From Octopus bimaculoides (taxonomy: Eukaryota): a stretch of 64,000 nt of DNA. This document shows, one piece after another, positions 36,987-49,892 of this stretch (position 1 is its first letter; each line of letters opens with the position of its first letter). Location: NCBI RefSeq assembly GCF_001194135.2, contig NC_068983.1, positions 29,172,857 through 29,236,856 on the forward strand. The letters are read 5' to 3'. A program made the translations under genes and the position numbers. The notes under the pieces are model-generated. The model ran no database searches and had not been told where the DNA came from. It saw nothing but the letters and a program-made list of their open reading frames with translations.

Positions 36987-37183
36987 AATAATAATAATCT
37001 TTTCTACTCTAGGCACAAGGCCTGAAATTTTGAGGGGAGGGGGCCAGTCGATTAGATCAAGCCCAGTACACAGCTAGTACTTAATTTATTGACCCCAAAA
37101 AGATGAAAGGCAAAGTTGACCTTGGCGGAATTTGAACTCAGAACGTAAAGACAGATGAAATACCGCAAAGCATTTCGCCGGCA
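36987..37183 (-). mobile_element. SINE-like repeat, family D, with (AAT)n tail; inverted partner at 37765-37960
   Basis: Same family as 23670-23850, 26137-26310, 31270-31430, 37970-38150, 38170-38280, 19540-19760, 48400-48540 and 57550-57640. Confidence 0.8.
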
Positions 37184-37764
37184 ATTCAGCCATCGTAAAA
37201 ACATAGCTCCTTATAGATTGTATTCTACACAGCTATAAGAATGGATTACGTTAGAGATTTTCAGAATATTATTTTGAAATTAAATGTTGTGACACATCTT
37301 AGATTACTATATTTTTGAACCACTGATTGTAAGTTCAAACTTTAGGACCACTTTCACTTCAGAATTCAGTCATATCTTTAATAATGGTTTCTTGGCCTAG
37401 TGCAATTGACCCAGCTTCAGCACTTGTTTTATAATCAAAATGATGAAACCATAAGTTGACTTCACATCAGTTTAGAACTTTAGAAGCTTAAATTCAGTTA
37501 AGGCATTCAGTTCATGTCTGTAAGCAGATGTTCTCTGCTTCGTCACTGAAGGAAGCAGCAAACATTATCATCAGATGATTGTAAGCAAGAGGCTGAGTTA
37601 TAATTCCTGTCATATGTAAATCACTACTTAGTAAACCATTTGTTTTGTTTTAGTCTCCGTTTTATTTTTGTATAAATTAGGATTTCCAAAAGTGATTTAC
37701 CTATGAAATGGTTAATATAATGTTTTTGTATTTTTTATTGTTATTATTATTATAAACATTAAAA

Positions 37765-37960
37765 TGCCAGCAAAATGCTTAGCAGCATTTCATCTGTCTT
37801 TATGTTCTGAGCTCAAATTCTGCCAAGGTCGACTTTGCCTTTCATCTTTTTGGGGTCGATAAATTAAGTACTAGCTGTGTACTGGGCTTGATCAAATTGA
37901 CTGGCCCCCCTCCTCCAAAAATTTCAGGTCTTGTGCCTAGAGTAGAAAAGATTATTATTA
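37765..37960 (+). mobile_element. SINE-like repeat, family D
   Basis: Reverse complement of 36987-37183 with shared diagnostic variants. Confidence 0.8.
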
Positions 37961-38295
37961 TTATTATTAAGGTGGTAAGCTGACATAAAATCGTTAGCAC
38001 ACCCAGCAAAATGCTTAGTGGTATTTTGTCCACATTCACATTCTGTGTTCAAATTCCACCAATGTTGACTTTACCTTTCATTCTCTTTGGGGGTCGATGT
38101 AATCAGCTCAAACCTTTAGGCCTTGTGCCTATAGTAGAAAGGATTATTATTATTCCTTCATCCTTTCAAGAATGCTAAGTACCAGTTGAGCACTGGTGTC
38201 AATCCAATCAACTGGTCCCCTTTCCCACTGAAATTTCAGCCCTTATTTTGCCTATTAGCAGAATATATTATTATTATTTTTTTTTTCTATTTCAG

Positions 38296-39428
38296 AACTA
38301 TCAAGTTCAGAGTGTAACCACAAAACAAAAGTTTTGATCCGAAAAGGTTTCTATGGCTTAAGTCGAAATCGCTTACAATCCAGAAATTTTGCAAAGTATA
38401 TGGGACTGGCTGACCGTATTGCTGGGCGCCATGACCGCTATGCCAAATTGACTACTACTACTTCTTCTTTCACAGAAAACAATGCAAGCAGCCAATCACC
38501 ACTGGATCAACCCAATACATTTGCTCTCTCTCAACTTATGGGGTTCCCGTCACCTAGTACTCCCAAATTTGACAACACTTCTATTACATCAAACTATACA
38601 CCAAATCCCAAAAGTGAAGCTTTTCCTTTTAGTAGAAGCCCAGTAATCCGAAAACGTTCTTTAGACAAGCCACTTGTTAAACAAGCTCTTTTTACAACTC
38701 CAGAAAAAACATCAATGCAATCATCAACATCATCATCAGTATCTACAGCTCACTGTAGTGGTGATAAACAATTAAAATCAAATAAGTTAGCACTTGAGAA
38801 AAGCGAGAGTAGCATATTTAAAACGCCTACAAAACAAGCCCCTCATTGTTTAAAAACTCCTGAAAAGTCTGTAGTTACTCCAGAAAATAAACAGTTAAAT
38901 AACTTCAATGAATCCAAAGTGATTGAAAATGTAAGTATTGTTACTCAAAACAAATCTTGCATAAATAGTATGTCACATGAGTCACAAAGATTCGTTGCAA
39001 CTTCAGGAACTCTTAAAAGAACTCCAGTCAAAAGACAGAACAACGGTGTGCATGAAACTAGTAGTGTCATTTCACAACCAAAATCTAATGCTGTTTCTGG
39101 TGAGGAAGATGCTTCTCATAGAAACAGTGTCTCCACATCATTAAATTTACCAACAAAAGTTTTACAGACTCCTTCTACACCAGATTCTTTAGATAGGTGG
39201 AAACGTAAAAAGTACTATTATTGCAACAGAGAGAAATCGTCTAACATTTGTCTTTCATCTGCAGTTCCCAATCAAGGTGTTGCAGATAAGTCAAACAGGT
39301 GTTTACGTCTGGACACTGATTATGAAACTTTTCTCAATCTACTTGGTAATAAGCATTCAAAACGGAAAGCTGGAGTTGATTCTAATGTTGCAGGTTTCTC
39401 AAATAAGAGAAGAAGATATAACAACTAA
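38296..39428 (+). CDS. TICRR: TICRR coding exon 7 (S/TP-rich disordered C-terminus, stop codon)
   Basis: Acceptor TTTCTATTTCAG|AA (phase 1). The frame stays open to TAA at 39426-39428 and has many TP/SP sites (TPK, SPV, TPEK, TPTK, TPVK). The exon sum of 5019 nt equals 1672 aa plus stop. Confidence 0.85.
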
Positions 39429-39739
39429 AGTCTTCAAACTGTTTCATTTAAATTTCATAAAATGAATTAAAATATATCGGAAGTTTACTTACTTGTACAT
39501 AAGTTAGTTTAAAATTTTTTTTTTTTTTTTTTAAGTAGCTTCCAACAAAAATTTCATTAAAGTTTTAAAATGTAAAATTAATATATTATTAAAAAAAAAA
39601 GTAAAAGAATTATTTTGAGTTNNNNNNNNNNNNNNNNNNNNNNNNNNNNNNNNNNNNNNNNNNNNNNNNNNNNNNNNNNNNNNNNNNNNNNNNNNNNNNN
39701 NNNNNNNNNNNNNNNNNNNNGTGAATTTTGGAAGATTTT

Positions 39740-40080
39740 TTTCCACATTTCTTGCGGCAGTGATTCCGAATTTGAAGGTTTTTCAACAGAAGAAATGGAG
39801 ATAATTGAAGAAAAGAATGAATGAGCTACAAAAGCACGTGGTGAACGATAATGAATCGCGAAACTGAAAGCAGGAAAACCTTTAGACTTCTTTTTCTTAT
39901 TTTTTCCAGCATGCTTGTTTGAAATGATTACTGCGGAAACAAACCGTTTCCTGCAACTGTAGATGAAATATGGGCATTTTTTGCCATAAATATTATTATG
40001 GGTATTAGACAGTTACCCAGAATAACAAATTACTGGAGCGATCAGGAACCTTTTGGCGATGAATATATTTCCAGTAAGCT
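39740..40080 (+). pseudogene. piggyBac (PGBD4-like) transposase N-terminal remnant
   Basis: SDSEFEGFS...KPLDFFFLFFPACLFEMITAETNRF / PATVDEIWAFFAINIIMGIRQLPRITNYWSDQE with a frameshift. This matches the piggyBac P..FF..F...I..ETNRY...E..AF......MG....P....YWS pattern. Confidence 0.75.
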
Positions 40081-42516
40081 GAACCAATATTTACATGTGA
40101 GAGACACTAACAGTACCCCAGTACCGTGGAGAACTTTGAAACAAAAATTATGCAATAGAATTGATTAAAAACCCTTTCTTTAATTATGCTCCAAATATCA
40201 CATTAATATGTTGATAAATAAAAAAAAGTTACAGGTGTTTAATGAGACTAGTCTAAATTCATGATTATTTTAGAATTTAATTGAAACTCATGAGGGGTGT
40301 ATTTTGGTCAGAAATATAGTAACGAAAGGGTTAACTATAGTAACGAAAGGGTTAACTATAACGAAAGGGTCAATTATAATAGATTGCAGCCAACATTAAT
40401 TAATCCATCTTCTAGTGAGTGAGTGTTTTTAATAAAATAAACAGGTCATTTTTCTGAAGATTTATGTTTCTGGGAGAACGGCAAAGGAAAAGTGCTAAAT
40501 ATATATGCAAAGGAGAAAACTATTGGTTGTAGTTGTGTGATGTGAATGAATGGAAGAAGTGGTGAGGTTATATATATATAATGAATTATTGTATACAGTG
40601 TTCCAGTGCACTACAACTCATCAGAATAAGTAACCAAAACTGCCTGAACAGTATGTAGAATGCACAGGAAGTGAACCATGAATAAGTACAAAGGAAAAAA
40701 AACGGGGGTGGGGGGTATCAGGCAAAATTTGACAAAATTTCAGGAAGCATAGAAGTTGTGAAGGATGTCGTGTCCCGACAGCTAAGCAGCTAGTGCTTTA
40801 TACATGGCACTATTTACCAGTGCTTTTTATAAGGCACCAATACTTTTTCTGTGGCACTTTGTTTTAGGATCTCAATTCTGGGTCTTCTTCAGTACAGCGA
40901 TGTGCCATGTACCTGTCCCTCCGTCATCTCTGTAAGGTTCAGTGTCTTGGAATTGGCCTTCAATACTTCGTCCCGTGTCTTCCTGGGTCTCCCTCTTCCA
41001 CAACTTACTCCACTTTTACGAAGTTGATTAAATAACAAAAGTACTCATCTAGGATTAAGGATTATGGATTGGTGGAAATAAGCTAAGAAGCTTGCTTCCC
41101 AACCACATGGTTCTGAGTTCAGTCCCACTGCATGGCACCTTGTGCAAGTGTCTTCTACTGTAAACCCTGGGCAGACCAAAGCCTTGTGAGTGGATTTGGT
41201 AGACGAAAACTAAAAGAAGCCCATCATATATATATATATATTTGTATGTATGTGTGTTTGTCCCCCCACCATTGCTTGACAACTGATGTTGGTGTGTTTA
41301 CGTCCCCCATAACTTAGCAGTTTGGCAAAAGAAACTGATAGAATAAGTTGACATGCTGAGACCCCCTTCGGTCATGACTGACCATGGGATTGCACCTAGA
41401 AGGTTACCCTCCCAGGCAAGGTTGTTTATGGAAGACCAGTTTACAAAGAACAAGTCCTGGGGTCAATTTATTCAACTAGAGATGGTGCTCCAGCATGGCC
41501 ACAGTCAAATGACTGAAGCAAGTAAAAGAGTAAAGATGCCGAACCATATTTGTTTTGACTCTATGTTCTAACGGTAATATTTGCGATGACACTAGTTCAA
41601 CAAGTAGTATCAGCCCTGAAGAGACAGCTTTCCTATTAGACAACATCAGTGTCATGGACACGGCAGATTTGCTTACACTGCTAATCTTAGAAAAACAAAA
41701 ATGCCTAAGCCTGCAAATACTTGTTAAACCACGACTGTCATGGAAACACATTGTTTTGAATTAATCATCGCATTATCTTAGCTGCTAGACAAAGTTCAGA
41801 GAGCTTACTACCTTGTTCAAAAGAAAAGACCTCTTCTCCAGAGTGGCAGACGGATTGTATGATGCTTGTGTATGAAGAGCTACGCTGCATGGCAGTGAAA
41901 CATGGGTTCTGACTACAAAGGTTTGAAAGAAATGAAAAGCTTATAAAAATTTTTAGAAAAACGTTTTTCAGATCTCAGCTGACATTTATAATTATCAAAA
42001 GATACAAAAAAAACGAAAAAAATAGTTCCAATTTGAAACAGAACTTATATATATTTTTTGTTTATATATCATATATATTCATACGATATATGCTTATATA
42101 TCATCTCTTAAGTAGGTCCTTTTTATATACGGTGCTTTTCAACTAACGCAACACACTAGAGTTCTCTCCCATCGATCGAAAGCCTAAATGCACAGACCCG
42201 ATGGGAGAGAACTCGTGTGTTGTGTTACTTTACAAATACCCTGTATTGTTTGTATATATTATATTATATACATATAAGAGGGATGACCACTAAGTGGACA
42301 TCTCTTTTGCTAGAAGTTGACCACTAAGAAAAGATTGTTCGTAAGTGGTTTACTTCTAGCAAAAAGGATGTCCACTTAGTGGTTATCTCTCATATGTATG
42401 TAATATAATTTTTCTGAATCTTCAGATTTATTTCAATTTGCTAGGCCACTGATTTTAAATTGATATTAATCAAATTAATATTCAATTTTTCACCCTTATT
42501 ATTTAAATTATATATA

Positions 42517-42848
42517 CCGTAAATCCTCGAGTATAGTCCGCCTTTGAGTATAATACACAGGGGATTTTTAGGGGGCTGTACCTCTGAAAAACCTAAACCT
42601 TGTGTATAATACGCATACGGTAACATCCTTTATTATTATTGTATATATAACAATGCAAACGTGTAGCTTTTTTATACACTTTGTTGTTTGTAGAAAATAA
42701 AGAAATAACAGTAATAACGTCAGTGAAAAATAAATATTAAGTAAATTGCCTTTACATATTTATCACTTAGAAAATATTTTTCACTTTTAACATCATATAA
42801 CCTTTAAATTTTGGGGAAAAAGTGTGGATTATACTCGAGGATTTACTG
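42517..42848. mobile_element. Tc2/pogo-like MITE, 332 bp
   Basis: TA|CCGTAAATCCTCGAGTATA ... TATACTCGAGGATTTACTG|TA. Confidence 0.85.
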
Positions 42849-42902
42849 TATATACTTTATGTATTGATATATATTATACTTTATATATTAATATATTATA
42901 TT

Positions 42903-42942
<40 letters not shown>

Positions 42943-43062
42943 GGAATGATAGATCAAATTATCATAGGTTAGTCCATGATTGTAATTTACCACCATCTCT
43001 GCCAGCTTGATCACACATTCACATAAACAAAAGATGTCCCATTGAACAGCCTCTCAGAGGAA

Positions 43063-43283
43063 TCACACCCATTGCTTTTCAGATGCTGCTACTGTGTCTT
43101 TGATCATTCGTTTTAGTTCATTATATCTTGTATTTGGTGGATACTGCTTGGAAGCTTCATAATCCTTTTTCAACCTTTCAATTATATGCTTCATGTTCCT
43201 GAAAGCCTTCTGGTAGTTTGACAAAATGTTCCTTGTGTCTTCTATGCCATTCTTCAGCATTGTCTTGTCTAATTTTTTCACCT
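43063..43283 (-). CDS. Terminal coding exon of the same uncharacterised protein
   Basis: Minus-strand acceptor TTTGCTTTTTGCAG|AG, phase 1 compatible with the 54801 donor. Translates EVKKLDK...RYNELKRMIKDTVAASEKQWV* and repeats the motif in the upstream exon. Confidence 0.75.
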
Positions 43284-44119
43284 CTGCAAAAAGCAAAGAG
43301 AAAAAAAAAGAAGTTTTAAATTTATCATGCAAATTAAAAACATTGTATTAAAAACTAATGAATATTACACTGTGTAGCACTGTTTTTCTCCTTGGATAGT
43401 AACTGTTATTTCCTATTTGCTTACTCCTAGAAAGTAAGAAAAATGGTTAATATTTCCTTCAAACTTTTCTTTTGTCACATTTATTAAAACCCCTAAGAAT
43501 CCCCCTCAACACATCGCTGTGGTACTTCCCCACTTTTCCTGCTCGTGATCAGAGATGCACATACTGTTAGCCACTAAGGGACATGATTAAGTCCTACAAC
43601 TGACAAGCAAATTTGTGGTATTCAGCAGAATATTTGTTATAACAATATTTCTGCTTCAGCAACGCAGTCCTCAATCAGTCTGAAATGTAATGGGAAAATA
43701 GATCAGTTCACAGACACGCACACAATTACATACATGGGCATAATCACAGATGCACATACACACATACAGAAACTCACACACAAATTCATATACATACATG
43801 CATGCACATGCACACACATACATACATATGCACACAGACACATCCATGCACACATGACCATCGTCCATCTTGCTTTTCCTGCACGGCTGTCATAGAGACT
43901 GCATGTATCTCATCTGTCTCTCTGTTGCTGCTTACTCGCAGTTAAGCTAAGACCAAGCAGACCCATTGCCAAATGGACTCTAATTATGACCATCCAACTT
44001 TTTTGTATATCTAGGACTACATTGTCCAATGTGTCCTTGCTGTTTTAAGACTGTCTTTCTTTCTCTCATGTTCTCTCTCCCTCTCTCTCTCTGCTTGTTA
44101 TATACCACCTTTATTTTAA

Positions 44120-44340
44120 CCCTTTAAACATTTAAACAGGCCATAACTGGTCCAAACATTCTATTTGCTTTGTGTTCAAACTGATCAGATCCAGCCTCTC
44201 AGGCCCACCCTACAATGTCATTCTAAAGATAAGCAAACACATCATAGAAATCTTGAAGTTATGAGATAATACATGATTAATTCAAAACAATGTGAATAAA
44301 TAAGCATTATATTTGACAGAAGAATCTAAATACTGAAGGG
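44120..44340. mobile_element. piggyBac-type MITE, 221 bp
   Basis: TTAA|CCCTT...AAGGG|TTAA. Related fragments lie at ~1575-1640 and ~24533-24718. Confidence 0.8.
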
Positions 44341-45139
44341 TTAATCATATCTATCATAAATATTACCACGTGAGTCATCATTTTCATCAGGTCCATTCCC
44401 TACATGTGAGGTTGTGCCTATGCTATTAGCTAGTGCAGATCCCTAAACTTAATCCCTTGTGTCTATGTTTCCAGCTATATTTGTCCTCCATATTTAAGGA
44501 TCTGTTTTTATATTACCAGCTAAATCCATCCCCAACATTTTAGACATTGTGCCTAAATTATCAGCTTTACTCATCCCTTATATTTGAAGCCATGTGTGAG
44601 CCCTCAGCTATAACCACCCCTCACACGTGCCACATTTGGTCCCTGGAGTCTGTTATTATCTATATTTATCCCATACATTTGAACCCTAGTACCTACATTA
44701 ATAATCAAGAAAACCCAGCATAAGAAAGCAGATATCCAGAATCAGTAGAGCATTAAACAAAATACTATGTGGTGTTTAGATAAATCCGGTGTTAAAATGC
44801 CACCAATGACAACCTCACCTTTCTTCCTTCCAGGTTCAATAAAATAAGTACAAGCCTGGTTTTAGGGGTTTGATATATTTGATTATACCCTTCTCCCAAA
44901 AGTGAGACCTTTATATCACCCCCCACATTCAATTGACAATGAATGGTGAAGTCAGTAGAGGGACAGGCAAAATACTCTGATTTATTTAATTATATCTTTT
45001 AATATTCTCAATCAGAACCCTACCAAAATCAAGTATACCTTTCATTCCTCCAGGGATAAAAAATAATAAGTAACAATCATGGATCAGGGGATGATTTAAT
45101 TGACTACTCAACAACAACCAGATCCCTTAACTGATGCAA

Positions 45140-45510
45140 CCAGTCGTTGGGGTGCCACTCAAGATGCTTTTGTAACCAGTCCCCACCACTGGTCCCTGTT
45201 CTATATCACGTGTAGCAGGTTCACTGCATTATGACCTGTTCCATCCTTGATGTTGTCAAACCAGGATTTTCTCTGTGTGCTTCTCTTTCACCCTCCATCA
45301 ACTGTGCCCTGAAGAATGGTTTTGTACAGGGAATTGTGGCAAGGATACATTACTATAAAAGGCAAGCTTCTATCCTTTTACCTGTGCAAGGAGTGGTTCC
45401 TGTCTGCCAGTGTATTTGTTTACTTGCTGCCAGACAACATTGTTCATTTTGTGTTCTGTGTACAGGATGTATAATAGCCTTCTGAAGCAACGGTGTTCAA
45501 ATGCATGGAC
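45140..45510 (-). mobile_element. Decayed RTE LINE ORF2 C-terminal fragment
   Basis: The minus strand resembles PLLA.VK.RKLA..G....K.ILQG.V.G...RGRQRK.W.DNIK.WTG, with frameshifts. Confidence 0.55.
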
Positions 45511-47284
45511 TCTTTACTACGTGTCAGCTGTAAGAGTCTAGCTCTCACACCCATATAAAAGATTCAGAGTGAATCGACTACTCCCATCTCTAAAATACCT
45601 AGTTTTGTGTGTCAAGTTAGAAATCAGTATTATACCTACATGTCAAACTTTCCAAAATAAAAATCACACCCTCTTGCAGTCATATCTTAATTCAAACATC
45701 CTTCTTGGTTTTACAAATAAATATTTGTTTTACACTCCTATGAAATAATCCCACAAAGCCAGTTAGTAATCTAATGCAACACATCACTTTAATAATTTCT
45801 CTACTCTGTACAAATATGGTGATTGCTTTTAAGTTTAGCCATTCAATCTGGAGTTTACATTCCTTATCCTGTTCTATTTAAAAAATATTCATAATACTGG
45901 TTTAACATTATTCACAGTATATATGACAGGCTTCACACAATTTCCATCATATTATTATTTTTTTTTTATCACTTAGTTTGGAGAGAAGGGTAGTGCCTAT
46001 GACCTGTTATAGGGACTGCAAGACAAGAGGGCAGAAAGGAAAGGAGGAAGGTATCCTCAGTTCAGAGACCAGATCCAAATGCTTGCAATAGAGCAAGCTT
46101 CTTTGAGAAAAACACCCAAAGACCTAATGATGAGGTTAAACTTGTGGCATATTACATTTCCCAACTAAGTAGATTAGTGAGAATTGCACTCAAAATGCAA
46201 AGATACGTTCCAAATACCACAAGGCATTCTGTCTGATGCTCTGGAATGATGGAATGCAAAACTGACCTTGGCTAAATTTAAACTCAGAACCGCAAAAAAA
46301 ACAAAACAATAAATACTGCAAAGCATTTTATCTAATACTCTAAAGATTCTGTCAACTCACCACCTACAAAGCCTTCTTACTACTTAACTTACTCAGTGAT
46401 TGATTAAAAACAGTAGAACCCCTCTAGTTTTATTTAATCAGGCCAACTGGAGCAAACAAAGTTAGCTGTTTCATTCATTATAGTCACAGCTTTTCTATGA
46501 GTATTTCCACTGTCGTTGCTCTGACGATCTTTCTGGTTTGGTACACTTAGTCAACACCTTTAAACGCGCCACCTACTTCTCATCCCAGACTCATTGTGTT
46601 GAGCTTCCGATTAGTCATAAGTGTTTTTTACTCTGATAGCCGAAATACTTAAACTGCTGTTCTCTACAACTCACTAGTATCATTTTTAGTTTTCCTCTGG
46701 CTTATGATCCTCAGTCCTTTAAGCTTTATCTTAATTAACATCTTTTGAATATGTAGGGCCCCCTTCCTTTCCTTCTTTGTACTTCCTTATGCTACAGTAG
46801 CCCCAAGCCTTGTTTTGGATTTGCTTCTGAACCACATGGTTCCAGCTTCAGTCCCACTGTGTGGCACTTTGGGCAAGTGTCTTCTACTACAGCCTCAGGC
46901 CAACCAAAGCCGTGTGAGTGGATTTAGTAGACAAAAACTGAAAGAAACCCATCGTGTGTGTGTTTGTCCTCCGTTACTGCTTGACAACCGGTGTTGGTGT
47001 GTTTACATCCCCACAACTTAGCAGTTCGGCAAAAAAGAAAAAAGATCAATAAAATAAATACTACACTTTAAAAAAAAGTACCAGGGTCAATTCATTCGAC
47101 TTAAAATTTTTCAAGTTGGTGCTCCAGTATGACCACACTTTAATGACTGAAACAAGTAAAAGATAAAAGATAACTAGCAATATTTGAACCTTGAGCATGT
47201 GGTCAGTAGTATATTTTTCGCTCACTACCATTGTGCCCGCCATAAAATAACTAAATAATTATCAAGCCAAATAGCTGTCCCTAA

Positions 47285-47935
47285 TTAAGTGGTTGCTCAA
47301 CTGGTTAGAAAAAGTGACTAAAATTTCCTTCAATTCACACTTTCTTGAACAAAAAATGGGATGGCCACTGTTGGAACACCTCTGATCATTAGTCTGCTTG
47401 ATCTGGGTTAATTTGTGGTTAACAACTACAAAAATTTTATATTAGTTCTGTTTCAAAACTCAACGAGAGTGACAGAGGGGGGGGGGGGGCAATATGCAGT
47501 CTCTCATTCTAGAAATAACAACTACATCATTGCTCTGAAATCACATTCTGCTGATTTAAAAATGAGAACAATGGATAACAATTTTTGATACACTATTTGA
47601 AATAAAAATGAGATGACCACAGTTGGAACATCTCTGATCATTAGTTGACTTGATCAGGATTAATTTGTGGTTAAAATAACAATTACAACATCTTAAATTT
47701 GTTCTGTTTCAAAACGACACCATGAGCAACAGAGGGTACTAATATACAGTCTCTCAATCTAGAGATAGCAACTACGTCATCACCCTCAAATCATATTCTA
47801 CTGAGAACAATGGATAAGATAATTCTTGACACACTACTTGAAATGTGAAATAAAAATGGGATGGTCACATCTGGAATGCCTTTGATCACAGGTCTGCCTT
47901 CTGCTCACCTCAAACTAAACAATAACAATAACTGC
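47285..47935 (+). repeat. ~2.5 tandem degenerate copies (~250-bp unit) of a dispersed short element (family E)
   Basis: Repeated AAAAATG(G/A)GATG.CCAC..TTGGAA...CTGATCA blocks at ~47355, ~47605 and ~47855. Single copies lie at ~860-1050, 24190-24310, 36770-36960 and 58700-58900. Confidence 0.7.
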
Positions 47936-49651
47936 TGTTCAGTTTGAGTCATTTAATGTAGACACCTTTGTATTCAAAAGCTATTTCCTCAAAAAAAAAA
48001 ACAATGTTGCCCAAATTGATTTGTTATTTTAGACAGTAAAATGAGGCTGAAATTGTATAACTACTTAATGTAGATAGCTAGACAAGTTGTAAATTATATA
48101 GATAGAAGCATCTCAAAAGTAAAACTATTTAAATAGTGAACGATTCTGTAGCTTAGAAAGTATACACAGCTGGCTCTCTCCATATCAAATTGCCTAAAGT
48201 ACGAGGATATTTTTGTAGCCCTAATATTGAAAGGTTTACAAAGCAATTATAACAAGATCTGGAATAAGAGAACATAAAACCTGAGCTGAAAGTTCTCTCT
48301 ATAATAACATTCTTTCCTCAAATAGCATTTCAGAAATAAAATTCCTGGGATTGGTAGCAGAGAAAGGCTTGAAGTTTTGGTTTCTGATGAGAGTAATTAA
48401 GACAGAAGTTTTGTTGCTGATTTAGGCTCAAGGCCAGCAAATTTTGAAGGAAGTGTGTTAGCTGATTCCTTTGGCTCTTTGACCCCAAAAGGATGAAAGG
48501 CAAAGGTGACCTTAGCAGTATTTGAACTTAGACCGAAAAGAGGTGGAACATATTTTTTACCAATGCATTGCCAGGGCTGCTGGACTAGCTCCCGTGCAGG
48601 TGGCACGTAAAATACACCATTTTGAGCGTGGCCGTTGCCATTACCTCCTGAGTGGCCTTCGTGGCGGTGGCACGTAAAAGCACCCACTACACTCTCAGAG
48701 TGGTTGGCGTTAGGAAGGGCATCCAGCTGTAGAAACTCTGCCAAATCAGATTGGAGCCTGGTGTAGACATCTGGTTCACCAGTCCTCAGTCAAATCATCC
48801 AACCCATGCTAGCATGGAAAACAAGCATTAAACGATGATGATGATGATGAATATTACCAGCTCATTGTTATATTTCACACTATGGGGTTTCCACCATATT
48901 CACCTGGAATTCAACATAATCAACCACAAATTTGTCATCACCAGTCTCAAATTTGTCATCGCCAGTCTATCATCAAATTTGTTATTGCCAGTCCATCATT
49001 CAACTTAAATGTCATCGATGTAAGATAGAGTAATTTTTTTTTTTACGGACAGACACTGGCACCAGTGATTAGTTATCACAAGATTGTAAAAGAACACCAT
49101 TATCATTTAACATCAGTTTTCCATGCAGGTATGGGTTGGACAGTTTGAAAGGTAGCAGCAAATCAGAAGACTGCACCAACCTCTGTTGTTTGCTTTGAGA
49201 TGGCTTCTGCAGGTGGATACTCTTCCTAATGCCAACCATTTTACAGACAGTATTGGGTGCTTTTTACATGGCACCAGCAGCTGTGAGATCAGGAAGTAAC
49301 TTGCAGGACAAGACTCCTCAAATGGGGGTAAGTAGTATTGAGGGACAGATCAGTGTTTCACATGAGAAGAGAACTAGACTATCTCAGATGGAGAGAAAGA
49401 GATATAAACATTTGTTTTGTCAAGAATAAGTTTTGTTCAATAAAAATTGTTACATCACACATTAACATACTGCTCGTGTGATGTGGAAACTCTTTTACAA
49501 CTATCATGCAAAATCCAAGGAAAGGAGACAATAAGACATACATACACACACACAACAGGTTTCTTTTGTTTTCTATCTATGATACTGAAGAACAACCTCA
49601 GGAAGCTGAACCTTTCAGGTGAGATCCCTGATGCCTGGCTGTACTCTAGAA

Positions 49652-49892
49652 CAGGGGTTTTCAAACTGTGGTCCGAGGACCACGGGGGCTCCCCAAGGAC
49701 AAGACAGGGGGTCCGTAGACAGCAAATACTTTTTATGGGCAATTTGATTTTATATATGTTTTTTATCGAAATCTTTTAATTGACAATAAACCTATTTGTT
49801 AAATACTGTTAAATAAATAAATGTAAAAATATATGTTATTTTAAGCAAATATTTATGTATAAATTTCATAAGCGTTTATAAGGGGGTCCCTG
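49652..49892. mobile_element. hAT MITE, second copy with internal deletion
   Basis: Near-identical to 26439-26709. Flanks are CTCTAGAA / CTCTAGTA (7/8 TSD match), and the right TIR is reduced to CCCTG. Confidence 0.85.

Noticed and set aside
48380-48410. Other CTGATGA/CTGAAGA occurrences (e.g. ~48384, ~44385 minus, ~58100) as hammerheads
   Set aside because: No helix II followed by GAAA, and no helix I/III pairing nearby.
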